Below, piece after piece: positions 13,005 to 26,277 of a DNA stretch of 64,000 bases; within the stretch, counting starts at the first letter, position 1; each line of letters begins with the position of its first letter. The notes beneath the pieces are model-generated. The model worked only from the letters and a program-made list of their open reading frames with translations, was not told the origin of the DNA and ran no database searches. This stretch comes from Raillietiella orientalis (taxonomy: Eukaryota), in assembly GCA_036172245.1 (NCBI GenBank), contig JAYWIR010000084.1, positions 62,001 through 126,000 on the forward strand. Direction: 5' to 3'. The position numbers were made by a program, and so were the translations under genes.

Positions 13005-13836
13005 CCACCCTCCAGATCGCAGGCAGGTAGGAGTTGATGAGCAACTGGACTACAGGAGAACTGGCGGACACCACGACCCCGACCGACCAGCCGAGAGGAC
13101 TGATGAGATAGGACGAGCTGCTCGCCATCCCGATAGATGAGCTGAAGTCGCCCCCAGTATTGAAGGAATCCAGGATCCTGCCCCTTAAGTGGCAAGAATC
13201 GGCCTTGCTTCTAGGGTTTACCCTGCAACGCACGCCGATTCCACTGAACAAGGAAGCAGGGAATCCTGAGTGAGCCAGATGTGGGGAGCGAAAATCGCTC
13301 CCCCACCTCATCTTTGATAGTGCTGCCCTCCGACCCCTTTGGGAACGGTTTGAGACGACCCTCGGGCTCCTGATGGGCAGAGCGTCCAGAGACGTTTTCC
13401 GGCTCCTCTTCGTGCGCGACGCCCTGCAGCCAACCGCAGCCCTCGCAACACTGCTGCGTCCGAGGCATCGTGGCGGCCTGGAGGGATACCGACAACGAAG
13501 AAGTGGATGCACAAGACATGGACATCATCCAACGTACGGTTTGCTTCATGCGGAGAGCTGCTGGATGGCTTCAACTGGGACCAATGCGGATGGACCTCGA
13601 GGGCTTTCTCGACGGATGGGCCCTCCTCCCAGTGAACTGTGATACCTTCCCTTCCCTCCAAAGTCTTTTTGTTTCTTTATTTTTTATTTTTGTTTTCTCC
13701 CCCATCCCCCTCCACTGCTAAGGGGAGATCACCGGCAGGTCCGGTGTTGTGTGGCCGTTAGTGTGGCCTTGTACCACGTTGTCTGTTGAACTTCGATTGA
13801 AGAGCTTTTAATAAACGTCGCGGCGTTACCGGGTGG
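13005..13836 (+). mobile_element. L1/Tx1-like element, 3' fragment with terminal motif
   Basis: ILPLKWQESALL region; AATAAA at 13810-13815 followed by CGCGG..CCGGGTG. Confidence 0.85.
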
Positions 13837-13849
13837 CATATCCAAATCT

Positions 13850-15200
13850 TGAAGACAGTAGACGAGTTATTCCTGCGCTTTCGAGGGAGTCGTGAGGAAG
13901 GGCTTTTATTAGTGTTTGTGTGGATTTGTTACATCGTTGATGTCCGATGGCATCGTTGCCAGAGGATACCACGGTGGAGATAGGTGTGGAGGAGGCTTGG
14001 GTCCTCCCACAAACTGCAGAGTTGGGGGCATCCGCCCCAGGATCGTCCTTGTCGCTGGCGAGGACATGCAGCGCCATGGTGGCGGTACCTAGTGCAGAAG
14101 CCTTGGCGGAGCAAGCGGCATACAGAGCCTCAGGTTACAAACCATCATTGGTTTATAAGGTAGGTTCCTGGTTTGATGGGTGCACGGCACCCGCCTTCTC
14201 GAAGGCGATGCAGAACTCTGATATTAAAGAGCAACAACTTGACGGCCTCTCGGTTCTCAGCGGGGGTCAGCGCGTCGAGGTAGTGTGCAAAGACATCACC
14301 TTGGCTCAGCGCCTGATCACTACCCCCTGAACGTTGATGGCCGCAAGATCTTCCCGGTGACAATGGACCGCTCCGTGGTGGTCGATCTCACTGGTATCAC
14401 TAACCTCATGACCCGGTCTGCGGTTAGTACAGAACTGAAAAAATTCGGTAATGTGCACGCGTTGTAGCACAAACCAAAGATATTTAATGGCTATTATAGC
14501 CTTTTCGGGGAACAGGCCGCTGCGCGTGTCACGGTGAAACAGGATTGTAAGCTCCCCCACAAACTAGAAATCTGTAATGAAGAAGTAGACCTCTGATATG
14601 TGGGGAAACCACGATTTTGTGGCTACTGTAAGTAGCCACAAAAGAGGGTCACATTCGTAAGAGGTGCTTCAACATTGTGTGCCACTTATGCGGTAAAAAG
14701 GGCCACGTGCGCCGCGTATGCCCTAAACGCCCAACTCTGGTTCCCCCTGCCGCAATGGAAGCGCAGGGAAAACGGGGCAGAATGGTCGAAAGACCGAAAC
14801 GGGATACTGGCCGGCAGCAGCCTCCAGCCCCCCTTCCTCCCACACAAGCGTCGGAGAAAAAAACTCACAATGACGCGGGAGTAGAGGAGGGTTGGCAGCT
14901 GGTTAAGGCAATGAAAGAGAAAAAGAAGTCAACTAAAGCACCTGGTGTTCCTCCTCCTAGCGTCCCGCCCCAATAGGCGGTGGACGCTGCTACGCCACTT
15001 TTAAAGGAATAACACCTGAGCTTGCCTGTCGCCGTCGGATCCGCGTGGCCTGTTAGAATATAAACGGGCTGCGTGACGACGGAAACCGACGAGATACAGC
15101 CGACATCCTGTATGAGTTCAACCTGGTCCTGCTGCAGGAGATCCACGTGATCACCGCGGCAGACGTCCAGGAGATCGAGACGATAGCAGGGGGTCGGTTG
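13850..15200 (+). mobile_element. L1/Tx1-like element, 5' UTR, disrupted ORF1 and start of endonuclease
   Basis: GYKPSLVYKVG, SGGQRVEVVCK, CHLCGKKGHVRRVC, then ..NINGLRDDG..LVLLQEIH. Interrupted at about 15200. Confidence 0.9.
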
Positions 15201-17110
15201 TTTGTCACCCAGGTGCTCCGGAGCGTTTATTAATAAACTATCCAGGAACAAAGTTTCCGGATAAAGGAGAAAGAAAAAAACGAAAGGGGAGGAGAAACGA
15301 AGGGGAGGAGCCCGACACGCAGGTCGGTATACCGAAAGTCCGGAACAAGAGAAAGGTGACCACAAATACACATATAGAAAATAAAAAGAAAAATATGGGG
15401 TGGGTAAGGGACAGGGGTCTCTTTGGTGCGGCCGTTCCAGTCTTTCAGAACCGGCGATGGATGCCGGCGATCTCTCTCCTCACTATCTCTGGAAGATGGG
15501 CCCACTCGGCAGCCGACGGCATGTTTGCGCTGGCTAATCCGGTAGACTAACGAAGGATGGCCAGCTTCTCCAACTCTCGGTGGGCCTTATCGATGGCGTT
15601 GGTGCAACACACGGCTGCAACGACAGCACCTAAAGACAGGCAGCCTGGCGTGAAGAAGCGGCGCATCAAGTCTCTCGTGGTCTTCTCCTGGTACAGGAGA
15701 GCTGAGGCCAGCCTTCGCCACAGTCCTAGGAGGGCACCGCAGTCCAAGAGCAGGTGCAAGAGCGTTTCCACTTCCCCGCACCGATTACAATTTGGGTAGA
15801 CAACTCCCCCGGAAACACGGTTCGTCCGCTGGTTGGAGTGAAAACCCCAATGCACCAGCATGATGACGTCCTGTTTCCAAGAAAGGGGGAACACAGAAGT
15901 GTTCAAACAGGAGGGAGGGACCTTAAGTTCTTCGAGGGGCACACTCAAGTGTTTACTCCCCCGAAAGAGTCCCTTCGGGATGTAGCGAACCGTGGCGGCG
16001 TCTGCCAGCTTGCAAAGTCCTGCAGCCGCCTATGGGTCGTGTTGATCCTGTGATGGTGTAGGCGACCTCTCACGTCGCCGGTTGGCAGCTGTCATCTCTT
16101 GCTCTGAGGGCTGACAGCGCGTCGGCGAGGGGCGTGACGGCCAGGCGAGTCCACTTCTCCTGGCTGTTACAGACCTCATCCACCGTGCAGTACGGGGAGA
16201 GGTGAGCGCAACGGAGTTCCAGAAGGGATACATACTCCAGCTTTGCCCAGGCATGAAACGGCTCCTGCCGCCAGCATTCAAAGTTCGTTAAGAGGCTGGA
16301 GATCCATTCCTGGGCTGCCAGGAGACGGTAGAGAGGTTTCAAGGGGAAATCAAAGCTTCTCTTGGCGTGCTCCGTATGCGGCCGGAGCGACAGAAGTCCA
16401 CTGCTGCCGGTACAACTCCCAAGAGCAGGAGCGCGGGAGCACACCGCGGAGTGTACCAAAGTTGGCGCACAGGGCCAACATCCGGAGTTGCACCTGCCGC
16501 TGGATTCTCTTCAGCGTCAGGATGTCTAAGCTGGCATTCCGACGCGGAGCCGCCAAGTCTTTGAGGCGGATCCTGGATCTCGCAGGCCACACAGAGCGCT
16601 GCTCAACAGGCTGTGCGCCTGGAGCTTGGCCGAGTAGGGGGGAGGAAAAACAAAAAGCAGGGGCGCAAGAGGGGGCAATGAAGGCGTTTGATATCGCAAC
16701 CCGCTCATACAGGAGGAACCTGCCATGGTGGAACGGGTTCAGAGAACAAGTAGCCTCACGAAGGCAGTCCAACCACACTTCCACTGGGCTAATGTTCCCT
16801 AGCAAAACGCCCAGATATTAGATGGACAAAGCGGCCGGGTTTCACAGGCGGATCCAGTCGGACTGCCCCTACCACGCTTCAAAAATAGGAACGGCCATGC
16901 TCTTGTTCCGGTTTACGCTCATGCCCGCTCCAAGGCGAATGAGCTCGAAGAAATCCTCGAGATTGTACGCCGGGGTGGTCATGGGTAAAAGAAGAAGCAG
17001 ATCTTCAGCATAGGCCGCTACGGATGGCGTTCCTGTACAAGAGCTTGGCAGGCTGGCCAGTGTCAACCTGTACGCCTTCAGCACCAACTCAAAGATTCTG
17101 AAGAGAAACA
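15201..17110 (-). mobile_element. L1/Tx1-like element, RT C-terminal half to 3' end
   Basis: AAYAEDLLL (YADD variant), CNRCGEVETLLHLLLDC, terminal motif at 15202-15231. Confidence 0.9.
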
Positions 17111-17112
17111 GA

Positions 17113-18290
17113 CGACGGTCGGGTAGGCCAGCAGATTCTCAGGTGGTCCGACTCGATCAATCTGATCGTGGAAAACGTGCACGGCCCCAGCGGAAAACAG
17201 GGTAAAGGCGACCGTACCAGGTAGCTATAAACCCTGAAGTGCGACTGGCTGACGGAAACGAATGTGCTAAAGGCTCATCTGATAGCGGGAGATTTCAATC
17301 TCGGCCTGCTAACAGGTGAGCATGAAACACAAAAGAACGCAATGAACGAGTTGTGCGCCACCATGCGTGCGCGCAACTTCTTCGCGGGTGAGAGGGGAAT
17401 GGTCCGCAGCATCGACCACGTGTTTCTCCACGCCGAGCTGTGTTCGCGTGTCGGTGAACGGGGAAAGCTTGCGTCGACACTGTCGGACCATTCCCGGTTA
17501 ATCTTCGAGATGCGAGCGCGACAAGGGACCGCCATCCAGGACGTGGCGTCTCCCTGGGGACTGGACGCGACTCTCAGGTGCAAAGGTACACCTTCGCGAA
17601 TACCTGAGAGGCGTCACGCTCCGGAATCTCCAGGACTGGGACCTTTTTAAGGAATCGGTCCGCGAGTTCTGCGAGCAGTTCCCCCTGGATCGCCTGTCCC
17701 TTGGATTTGGCGAGGGTCCTCGCAACCATCGAGCCTATTTACAGGCCCGTCGTTACGAGAGAACCCCTAATGTCCGTCGCTTGGCCGAGTACCGCGCTGG
17801 GGCCGAACGCCAAGCCTGGCAATCCGGGTCGGCCAGCTTGCTGGACGACCAGGGCCGGGAATGTTCGTCCCCGGCGTCGGTATGGCATCTCGTGCGGAGA
17901 TTTTATTCATCCCTCTACGCCAGGACGCCTCCGGACCAAGATGCCTCTCGGCGCTTGCTCCCGGATGGTGCCCCGGCAATAGGGGAAGAGGGATCGGTAA
18001 GCCTCGACGAGCCTTTCACTACTGGCGGAATTTTCGCCGGTATCAAAAGGCTCAAGAGGCGTAAGGCGTCAGGGGAGGACGGCTTGCCAGCGGAGTTCTT
18101 TCAGTGCTTCGCGGAAGAGCTTGCCCCCCTGCTGCTCGTGTTGACAAGGCTGATCCGAGACGAAGGCGATGTTCTAGCCACGTTTCGGTCAGCCAGAGTG
18201 AGGCTCCTCCCGAAAGGGGGAGACCTCAGGAAATTGCACAACTGGCGTCCGATCACGATCGTGAACACGGACGCCGAGTTGCTAGCAGGG
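17113..18290 (+). mobile_element. L1/Tx1-like ORF2 fragment (endonuclease end and RT N-terminus)
   Basis: IAGDFN, IDHVF, LSDH, KASGEDGLPAEFFQ, LLPKGGDLRKLHNWRPITIVNTD. Confidence 0.9.
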
Positions 18291-18299
18291 CTGTGGCAT

Positions 18300-19380
18300 C
18301 TCCGGAGAAGGATCTCCCACGCGCGGACGCCGGCTCACAGGCGACGCCTATGGTGGAAGGTGAGCAGGGTGACGAAGCCAGCCCTGCATGCGCCGAACCC
18401 GAGAAGCCCGCCCCTATGGAGGAGGACGATCAGGTAGGCGCGACCACACCCACGGACGACCCGCCTGAAGCAACGACACCAATAAAGGAGGTGGATCAGG
18501 TGCTCGACGCACCGACACGTGCGCCTCCTAGCGTCCCGCCCCACCAGGTGGCGGACGCCGCACTGCTACTTCCAAAGGATTAACACCTGGGCTCGCCTGT
18601 CGCCGTAGGATACGCGTGGCCTGTTGGAATGTCAACGGGCTGCGCGCCGACGGCAACAGACGAGATACGGACGACATCCTGCGTGAGTTCGACCTGGCGA
18701 TGCTGCAGGAGATCCAGGTGATCACAACAGGGAACGCCCAGGAGATCGAGACGATAGCAGGGGGTACGTTGTACTGGCCCTGCGGCGCCCGCAACACCCG
18801 TGGGGTCGCGTTTTTCGTGAAGGCAGCCATCGACGCTGCCCTGATGGACGTGCGGTTTGATGACGAAGGTCGGGTCGGCCAGCTGACTCTAAGGTGGTCC
18901 GACTCGATCGACTTAATCGTCACAAACGTGTATGCCCCCAGCAACCAACAGGGTTACCGCGACCGTACCAGGCTGCTGGAGACCCTGAAGCGAGACTGGC
19001 TGGCGGAAGCGAATGTGCTAAAGGCTCATCTGATAGCGGGAGATTTCAATCTCGGCCTGCTAACAGGTGAGCATGAAACACAAAAGAACGCAATGAACGA
19101 GTTGTGCGCCACCATGCGTGCGCGCAACTTCTTCGCGGGTGAGAGGGGAATGGTCCGCAGCATCGACCACGTGTTTCTCCACGCCGAGCTGTGTTCGCGT
19201 GTCGGTGAACGGGGAAAGCTTGCGTCGACACTGTCGGACCATTCCCGGCTAATCTTCGAGATGCGGCCTCGCGACAAGGGACCGCCATCCTGGGAGTGGC
19301 ATCTGCCGGGGGACTGGAGGCGACTCTCAGGTGCGAAGGAACACCTTCGCGAATTCCTAAGAGGCGTCACGCCCCAGAGC
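18300..19380 (+). mobile_element. L1/Tx1-like fragment: ORF1 end plus complete APE endonuclease domain
   Basis: ORF 18616-19443 contains WNVNG, LQE, GVAF, NVYAP, GDFN, IDH and SDH. Confidence 0.92.
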
Positions 19381-19386
19381 TTGAAT

Positions 19387-20800
19387 TCAAACCCGGTTCG
19401 CCGGGACGTTTATTTTTTCAAAAAAAAATTATACAAGCTTTGACTGGACTAGTAGTCCAGCCACGCCCTGGAAACAATGAGCCTGCCAAGATACCGGTGC
19501 GCAGACCGTCGCGGTCGACATCGGCAGCAGAGGGGAGGGGGAATCAAAGAAAAAGAAAACAAAAAATAAACAGAAACCGGGTCGGAAGCGAGAAGGGATC
19601 ACTGTCTGCTGGGAGGGTCCGTCATCCTCTGGAGGATGCCGGCAAGCTGTTGCTGGATGGTGGATTTCAGATAAGGCCATCGCGTCGCCATCCTCAGGAA
19701 ACGGGCGGCGTACACGGTGGCATCCCTGTCGCTGGACCCTCCCGTCGCTTTGTTCCAGGCAACGACGATCCCGCGTAGGCAGCACAGGGCTGCAAGCGAG
19801 GCCGCCGGAGGCAGGGCGTCACAAACGAAGAGGGGGCGCAAAACGTCTCTGGAATTGCCTCTGGGAATCCCCAGGGCCGCGGCAAAGCGTTCCCACAAGG
19901 GACGGAGGGCAACACAATCCACTAACAGGTGGGGGAGGTATTCCCTCTCCCCACACCTGACACAATTGAAGTTGACACCCCCCCGCGTCCAGTGGTGTCG
20001 GCGGACGTTGCAGGGAAGACGTCAATGCAACACCAGCTGTGCCGACTGTTGCCACTTGATGGGGAGGGTGCGCGAGTCCATGAGACCGGGGGCCACTCGA
20101 GATGTTCCTCCGATACATCCAGTAGCTCTCTTCATCGCAACAGTTCGTGTGGGTTGGTCCTCGGGGTCGCAGCGTTGGTCAGCTGACCCGTTCTCCAATC
20201 TCCGATCTTCTTTTCCCTGCAAGCGATGTTGAAGGTAACCTCCCATTGTGCCGCGACGTCGCTGCCCACATGTTCCCTTAGGGTAGGCATTACCGCAGCA
20301 AGTGAGGTTCTTTGTGCCCACGCTCTCCTTCGGGGATCCTTGACGATTTCTCGGAGCGTGCGGTGGGCGCGCGACACGACCAGAGCTATTCGCTCGAGTT
20401 GCGGAATCTGCTCCTGAGTCATCGCTTACGTTCAAACGGTTTCCTGCAGCCAGGCAGGACCGTTCGCGGGGCGTACGAAGATGTATCCTGCGTTGTTTTT
20501 CACGAGTTTGTCCGCCCTCCAAGGCTGAATTCCGCAGTGGCAGATCGGCTTCGGAGTACAAAGTAGGACGAGAGTTCCGCATGGCCGGTGACCTGCTCGA
20601 CGAGGAGTCGTGCTGGGAAGCACCAGGGGGTGCACCAGTTCTTTGCCATGAAGGCAACACTCCGGGACTGGAGCTGAAGCTCCAGGCGCTCCAGCGTCAG
20701 GAGGCCCAGACCACCATCCCGACATGGAGCGCACAAGTCCGCGAGATTGACTCTGGGATAACGGCACCCTTCCCCTGCAGTGGCAGGAGACGGCGTTGCT
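19387..20800 (-). mobile_element. L1/Tx1-like element, 3' part of ORF2 and terminal motif
   Basis: DLCAPCRDGGLGLLTLERLE, LPIKWQQSAQLVLH, zinc finger; motif at 19391-19414. Confidence 0.88.
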
Positions 20801-20819
20801 TCTGCTCCATTGGGGACTG

Positions 20820-21522
20820 TTAAGCAGAGCGCGCTTGTCTCACTGGACACCGGGGAATGTGGATGCTAATTGCACAGACTGTGGGGAAAGAGAAACCTTT
20901 CCTCACTTAATCATTGAGTGCGTTGCCCTTCGCGATATGTGAAACCGACTCTCGTCCATATTGAACATTCCGCGGGGCGACCCGAAGAACATTTTTCGAC
21001 TCCTGTTGCGGGACGCCTTGCCAGCTTCCAAATGTGTAGCAGTGCTCTGTTGCATACGCAAAATACTGGACAAGTGGACCGCGTCAAAGAGAGGACATGC
21101 CAGTCGGAATGCCATCTACTGGGCAACCATCTCATCGGAGAAGGCCTGCCGTTGGCGCCGACTCGGAAAACATTTACAGGCACTCGTCCGCATCGTGACC
21201 GGATGCAGGGGCCTCCTCAAGGCGTACCGTGATTCCTTCCCTTCCCTCCCCCTCACGAAGAACATTACCCCCCAGGCGTTTTCTTTTTTTTTGGTTTATT
21301 TCTGTTTTTCCCCGCCCCTTTGCCAGTGTTGAGGACCTTATCCGCCTTCAGGTCGGTAAGGACAAGTGCCTCAAGACATTCGGGCCATATGTCCTGACTG
21401 AAAAACAAGGACAACAACAACAACAAAAAAAACAAAAACAAATCATGACTTTATTATGAATTTTTTTTTGTGTATTTTGAAAAATTTTAATGATAAAAGT
21501 TCCGGGTTACCCGGGTGAAAAA
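20820..21522 (+). mobile_element. L1/Tx1-like element, zinc finger, 3' UTR and terminal motif
   Basis: CTDCGERETFPHLIIEC; GATAAA-GTTCCGGGTTACCCGGGTGAAAAA at 21492-21522. Confidence 0.85.
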
Positions 21523-21659
21523 CCATGTGGAATCGTGGAACAGGTTCGCCTCCATCTTCATTCTCCCGGGAACAGCATATGTCTGTTCCGGGCTGATGAA
21601 GATGTTGGCAACCCGTCCCAGCCGCTCTGCCCACAGCTTGGCTAGCAACTTGGCGAAAC

Positions 21660-23108
21660 GGACGTGTTTTTTCCGCGCTCCTCTGCGGCTGTTGTAAAGA
21701 CTTTCGTTGAGTTAGTGTTTGTGTGTGGTGCATCTGCGGTGTCCAATGGCAGAAATGCCTGAGGACACCGCGATGGAAGTTGGCGGGGGAGAGGATTGTT
21801 CCTCTCCCCAACCCATTGAGGTGAGAGCAACTGCCCCCACGGAGAAGAGGGCAACCGCCCCCTAGAAAAAGGAAGCAACCGCCCTCGTACAAAAGGCCGC
21901 CACCGCCTCCATGAAAAAGGGGACAACCGCCGCCTTGAAAAAGGAGGCAACCGCGTTCTTGGATTCTTCCTCGGCAACGACGAAGACCTGGAGCGCTGTG
22001 GCTGCAGCACCATCCCCTGAAGCCATTGCCGAACAGTGTGCCTACCGAGATCAAGGGTATAAACCCTCCTTGATTTATATGGTAAACAACCTTTTTGTTG
22101 GAAACACCTTGATTTCCTACCTGCGCTTTTGCTGGCGGAACGCGATGATTACCATCTCTTTCAGTGGACAAAAGGTGTATGGCGTACCGGTGCGGCGGGG
22201 CATCAGGCAGGGCGATAGTCTCAGTCCCCTGCTCTTTGGCACCTACTTCGAGTTGGTCCTGAGAGCGTATAGGGTGACTTTGGCCCCGTTGCCGAGCTCG
22301 TGCCCCGGCACGCCCGCCGTTGCAGCATACGCCGACGATCACCTGCTGATGTTGCCCATGTCCGCCACGGTAGCCGCAGTCGAGGATTTCTTCGACCTGC
22401 TAAGCCGTGGGACTGGATTGCAGGTAAAGAGGGCGAAGTCGTCGGTGGTGTTAATAGGTGCGGCGTGGGCAGAACAGCAGCACTTGGTCCGTTTGGGAAT
22501 CCCCACGGCAAGGTGCTTGATGTACCTTTTCGTGCAATGTGGGGAGAGGGAAACCCTCCCGCACCTTTTAATTGACTGTGCTGCCCTCCGGTCCCTGTGA
22601 AAACGTTTCGGTTCCACCTTAGGGATCCTGGAAGGTAGTCTTTCCTGAGACGTTTTTCGGCTCCTCTTCGTGCGACACGCCCTGCAGCTAGCCGCTGTAA
22701 TAGCAGCTCTCTGCTACGTACACGGTATTCTAGCAGTTTGGAATGGATCCGACGAAGCAGAAGATGTCAACGGAAGGGTGCCATGGAGTATGCAGCTCGC
22801 TTACTGCGAATAGCATCCCGATGGCCCCACCTGGAAAATCTGTACCAGGACCTCGCAGGCATCCTGCAAAGGATGGAAGCTCCACCAAACGGACAGTGAT
22901 CCCTTCCCGGCCCTCCCAATGACCAGTGCTTCTACTTTTCATTTTTTTATTTCTGTTTTTCCCCTAACCCCATCCGTTGACGTAAAGTGTTATGTCGGTC
23001 TGTGCATTGAACACCAGACAGCTCCATAGAACTATTGGCTGCAGCGGGGCCTTGTACCGCAATTACTGTTAGTTTTTAAATAAATGCCCTGGCTTGACCG
23101 GGTGAAAA
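21660..23108 (+). mobile_element. Internally deleted L1/Tx1-like element retaining both ends
   Basis: GGACGTGTTTT start, ORF1 N-terminus fused to RT (GIRQGDSLSPLLF, AAYADDH), fused to the zinc finger; terminal motif at 23079-23108. Confidence 0.85.
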
Positions 23109-23850
23109 CGTCGAACGCACGCTGCGCAGTGTGTTGTCGACGGCTGGCCTCAGCAAAAAAGCCACTCCGCAGGAGCGCTCGTTTCTGTTACTCCGCAGTA
23201 GCCGCCATATTGCTATTCTTTCGATTTCTTGGACGTCTCCTGTTCTGAGAACGTGCGTCTCTTGCAGGAGCACCAGGTCGAAGTCTCGCAGTATGGCGGC
23301 TACGTCTCACCTCCTTCCTTGGTCGCGAAACCCGTTAACTTTCAAACAGGAAACGCGCAGGCGTGGGAAAGAGGCAAGCCCACGCATCTGTGTAGTTATG
23401 GTGGCGTGGAGGTGGCCTCCTCCCTTGCGGGAGGCGGCTCGTTGGCGGCCGTGACGACGGTCGGCTGCTCACACGGGAGCTTGTCGTCGACAGCGATTTC
23501 CATTGGGCTGGCTTCCGAGACGCGGACGGGAGAAGGGTCGCGTGGCGCGAAGCACATTGCCTCCTCCTCCGTGCCCGAGGACATGGCCTCCTCCACCTGC
23601 GGATGGGCGACAAGTCTCGGGCAACCGGTCTTCTTGCCAGCCTTCCTCTTCGTCACGGCTGCGGAAGTAGAACAACCGGCTTCGGTTTCGTAATCGGAAT
23701 TTTCCGGGCCCTTCACCGTTGGCCGTCGTCTCAAGGCCTTCTTTTCGGCCTTGGCAGGCTGCCGTAACATGGCTGCCAGCTCTTCCGCGGCCTGCTCGAA
23801 GGTCGCGTCTTCGATTCGCGCCGCCTCCTCGCTTTCCGCACCGACGAACG
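23109..23850 (-). mobile_element. L1/Tx1-like fragment: ORF1 C-terminus and endonuclease start
   Basis: FEQAAEELAAMLRQPAKAEKKA, then FDLVLLQETHV..GVAFLLRP. Confidence 0.85.
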
Positions 23851-25620
23851 TTTTCACCCGGATAAGCCTAGGCATTTATTTCGGAAAAATGAAAATACAA
23901 TTATTTTTTCGAGTGAAGAACCCGAAGGTGCACCACGCGAAAACAGCTTGCTGGTTCCCGGCGCTGTGCCGGAGAGGTCCTTCCGATGCGCGGGGGTTGG
24001 GACAGAAAAAACAAAAAAAAAAAAGTTTAAACACGGGAGGGGATAAATGTTTTAGGGATAGGAGGGCAGGGAAGGGATCACTATGCGTCCGGATAGGTCC
24101 TCTAGATCCTATTCAGGATCGGGACAAGCTGAGTTCTCTGTGCGCCCAAGTGGCGCCACTTGCATACAGCTCGCACGAATAGGCGAGTCCATCGTAAGGC
24201 GTTGCCAGTTCGCTGACGTCTTCTGCTGGTGGCGTTCCAAGCCGCCACGATCCCTCGAATGCAGCAGAGGATTGCTACAGAAGCGGGTGGGGACAAGGCG
24301 TCACTACAGAAGAGGCGCCTGAAAACGTCCTTGGGACCGCATCCGTGCAAGTACGGGATCGCCGTAAGGCGATATCATAAAATGCGGATGGCACTGCACT
24401 TAATGAGAAAGTGAAGGAAGGTCTCCTTCTCCCCGCACCGGTCACAATTGGAATCCACAGCCCCCCGGGTGGTGTGGTGCAGGCGTGCTTTACAGGGTAA
24501 ACCCCAGTGCATTACAAGCAACGCCACCTCCTGCCATTTAAGGCGGAGGGATCCACTGTTCCAGGACGCTGGGGGCCACTACATCTCCTCCGGAGATAGT
24601 CCGAGTAGCTCTTCCCAGCGTCGAATTCCGTTGGGCAGGACACTCGGCGTCGCAGCATCCGCTAGCTGCCGAGATGTCCACGCCTTTATCGGTTGTGTCC
24701 TTCCGTTTACGGTGCAGGACACGGTCCATTTCCCTAGCTCCCTACTGTCACTTATACTGATGAGAAAGGGCAGCACTGGGGCAAGGAGGGTTATCAAAGC
24801 CCACATAAGCTTGTCGTGGGACTGCAGGATCTCCTGCAGCGCCCAGCGGGCATGCCTTTTCAAGGAAGTGTTCTTTGTGCCCGCCGGTACGTAGATCTTT
24901 TCTCAGGTGAAGACTGACTCGTGCAACCATGCCGAGTAGTTCCCTGGGAGGCAGAAGATATAGGCGTTCTCCCGTACCACAACGTCTATGCGACGCAGGA
25001 GAAAGTTGCCGTGTGCTTCTCTGCGGTCGCGCGCCAGCAGAAACGACTAAAGTCCGCCGAATCCGCAGGCTCGTTAAGCCATGAAGCGTGCTGGAACACA
25101 CCAAGGCGTGTCCCACAATTCGGCCGCTAGGGCGAGAGTCCTCAATCGGAGTTGGAGTTCCATGCGCTCCAGCGTAAGTACGCCAAGTCCTCCGTCCTTA
25201 CGTAGAGCGCACAAGTCTTCGAGCCTCACACGGGACCTCCTTTCGCCCCAAAGGACTGTCCTCAGGAAACCCGCTGCTCTTTTTCGAACAAAATAAGGGG
25301 CGGGGCAAACAAAAAGAAGGGGGCGAAGGAGGAAGGCCGCACACGCGTTCTACACCGCGGCCCGTTCCTCAAGTACAACTTGCTTTCTTGGAACGGACCG
25401 ATCGCCAACGCTACCTTTTGAAGACGGTCGGACCAGGCTTCTGCTGCGCAGAAGTCCTCCAACGGAACGCCAACGTACTTGAAGCACCTGCCCGTGAAGA
25501 TCCCCAAACGGATCCAGTCCGACCGTTCAGCCCACGCTGAGCCAACACAAGCCATCGACGACTTCGCTCTGTTCACCTCCAGGCCCGTCCCGCAACGCAG
25601 CAACTCGAAAAGTCGGCATT
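23851..25620 (-). mobile_element. L1/Tx1-like element, 3' half of ORF2 (same family as 50016-53185)
   Basis: GLEVNRAKSS, FKYVGVP, zinc finger; terminal motif at 23851-23880. Confidence 0.88.
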
Positions 25621-25671
25621 CCTGTTGCAGCACTGCAAACTCCTCTGCAACGCCTGCCGACATCACTAAAC

Positions 25672-26277
25672 CTGGGGAGCGGTGGACCCCAATTGCGTCC
25701 GGTGTAAGGAACGGGAGTCCCTCCCCAACCTGCTAGTGGATTGTGTTGCCATTTGTCCCCTTTGGTTTCGCTTTGCCGCGGCCATCGGAATCCCCTGCGG
25801 CAACCCCAGGGAAGCACTGATAGCCCACTTCGTTGCCGACGCCCTTCGGCCAGCGGCCTCGTTAGTAGCTTTGTGCTGCCTACGCGGGATCGCAACCGCT
25901 TGGAGCAAGGCTACGGGAGGACAACGCGACCAGAGTGCCATCCAGCCAGCCTCCCAGTTCCTAAGGAGAGCGTCGCGATGGCCCCACCTGGATCGAAGCA
26001 TGCAGCAAGAGCTTGCCGGCATCCTGCGAAGAATTCAACGGCCCCACCAGCAACTGTGATCCCTTCCCGTACCCTCCCAGTTTTTTTCTTTTCTTTTTGT
26101 TTTGTTTTTTTGTTTTTCCCTTCCCTCTGCTGCCGTGGTGGACCGTGCCGGTCTGAGAACCGGTGACCCGGAAGGCTCTGTGTTTCTTCGTGCGCAGCTG
26201 GAGCAATGGTCCAGTCACTGCACGTCTTTGTAAATGTTTATTTTACATTAAACGCCCCGGTGGAATACGGGTGAAAA
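25672..26277 (+). mobile_element. 5'-truncated copy of the family found at 26289-37273
   Basis: DPNCVRCKERESLPNLLVDC and a 3' UTR collinear with 36680-37273. Confidence 0.88.
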
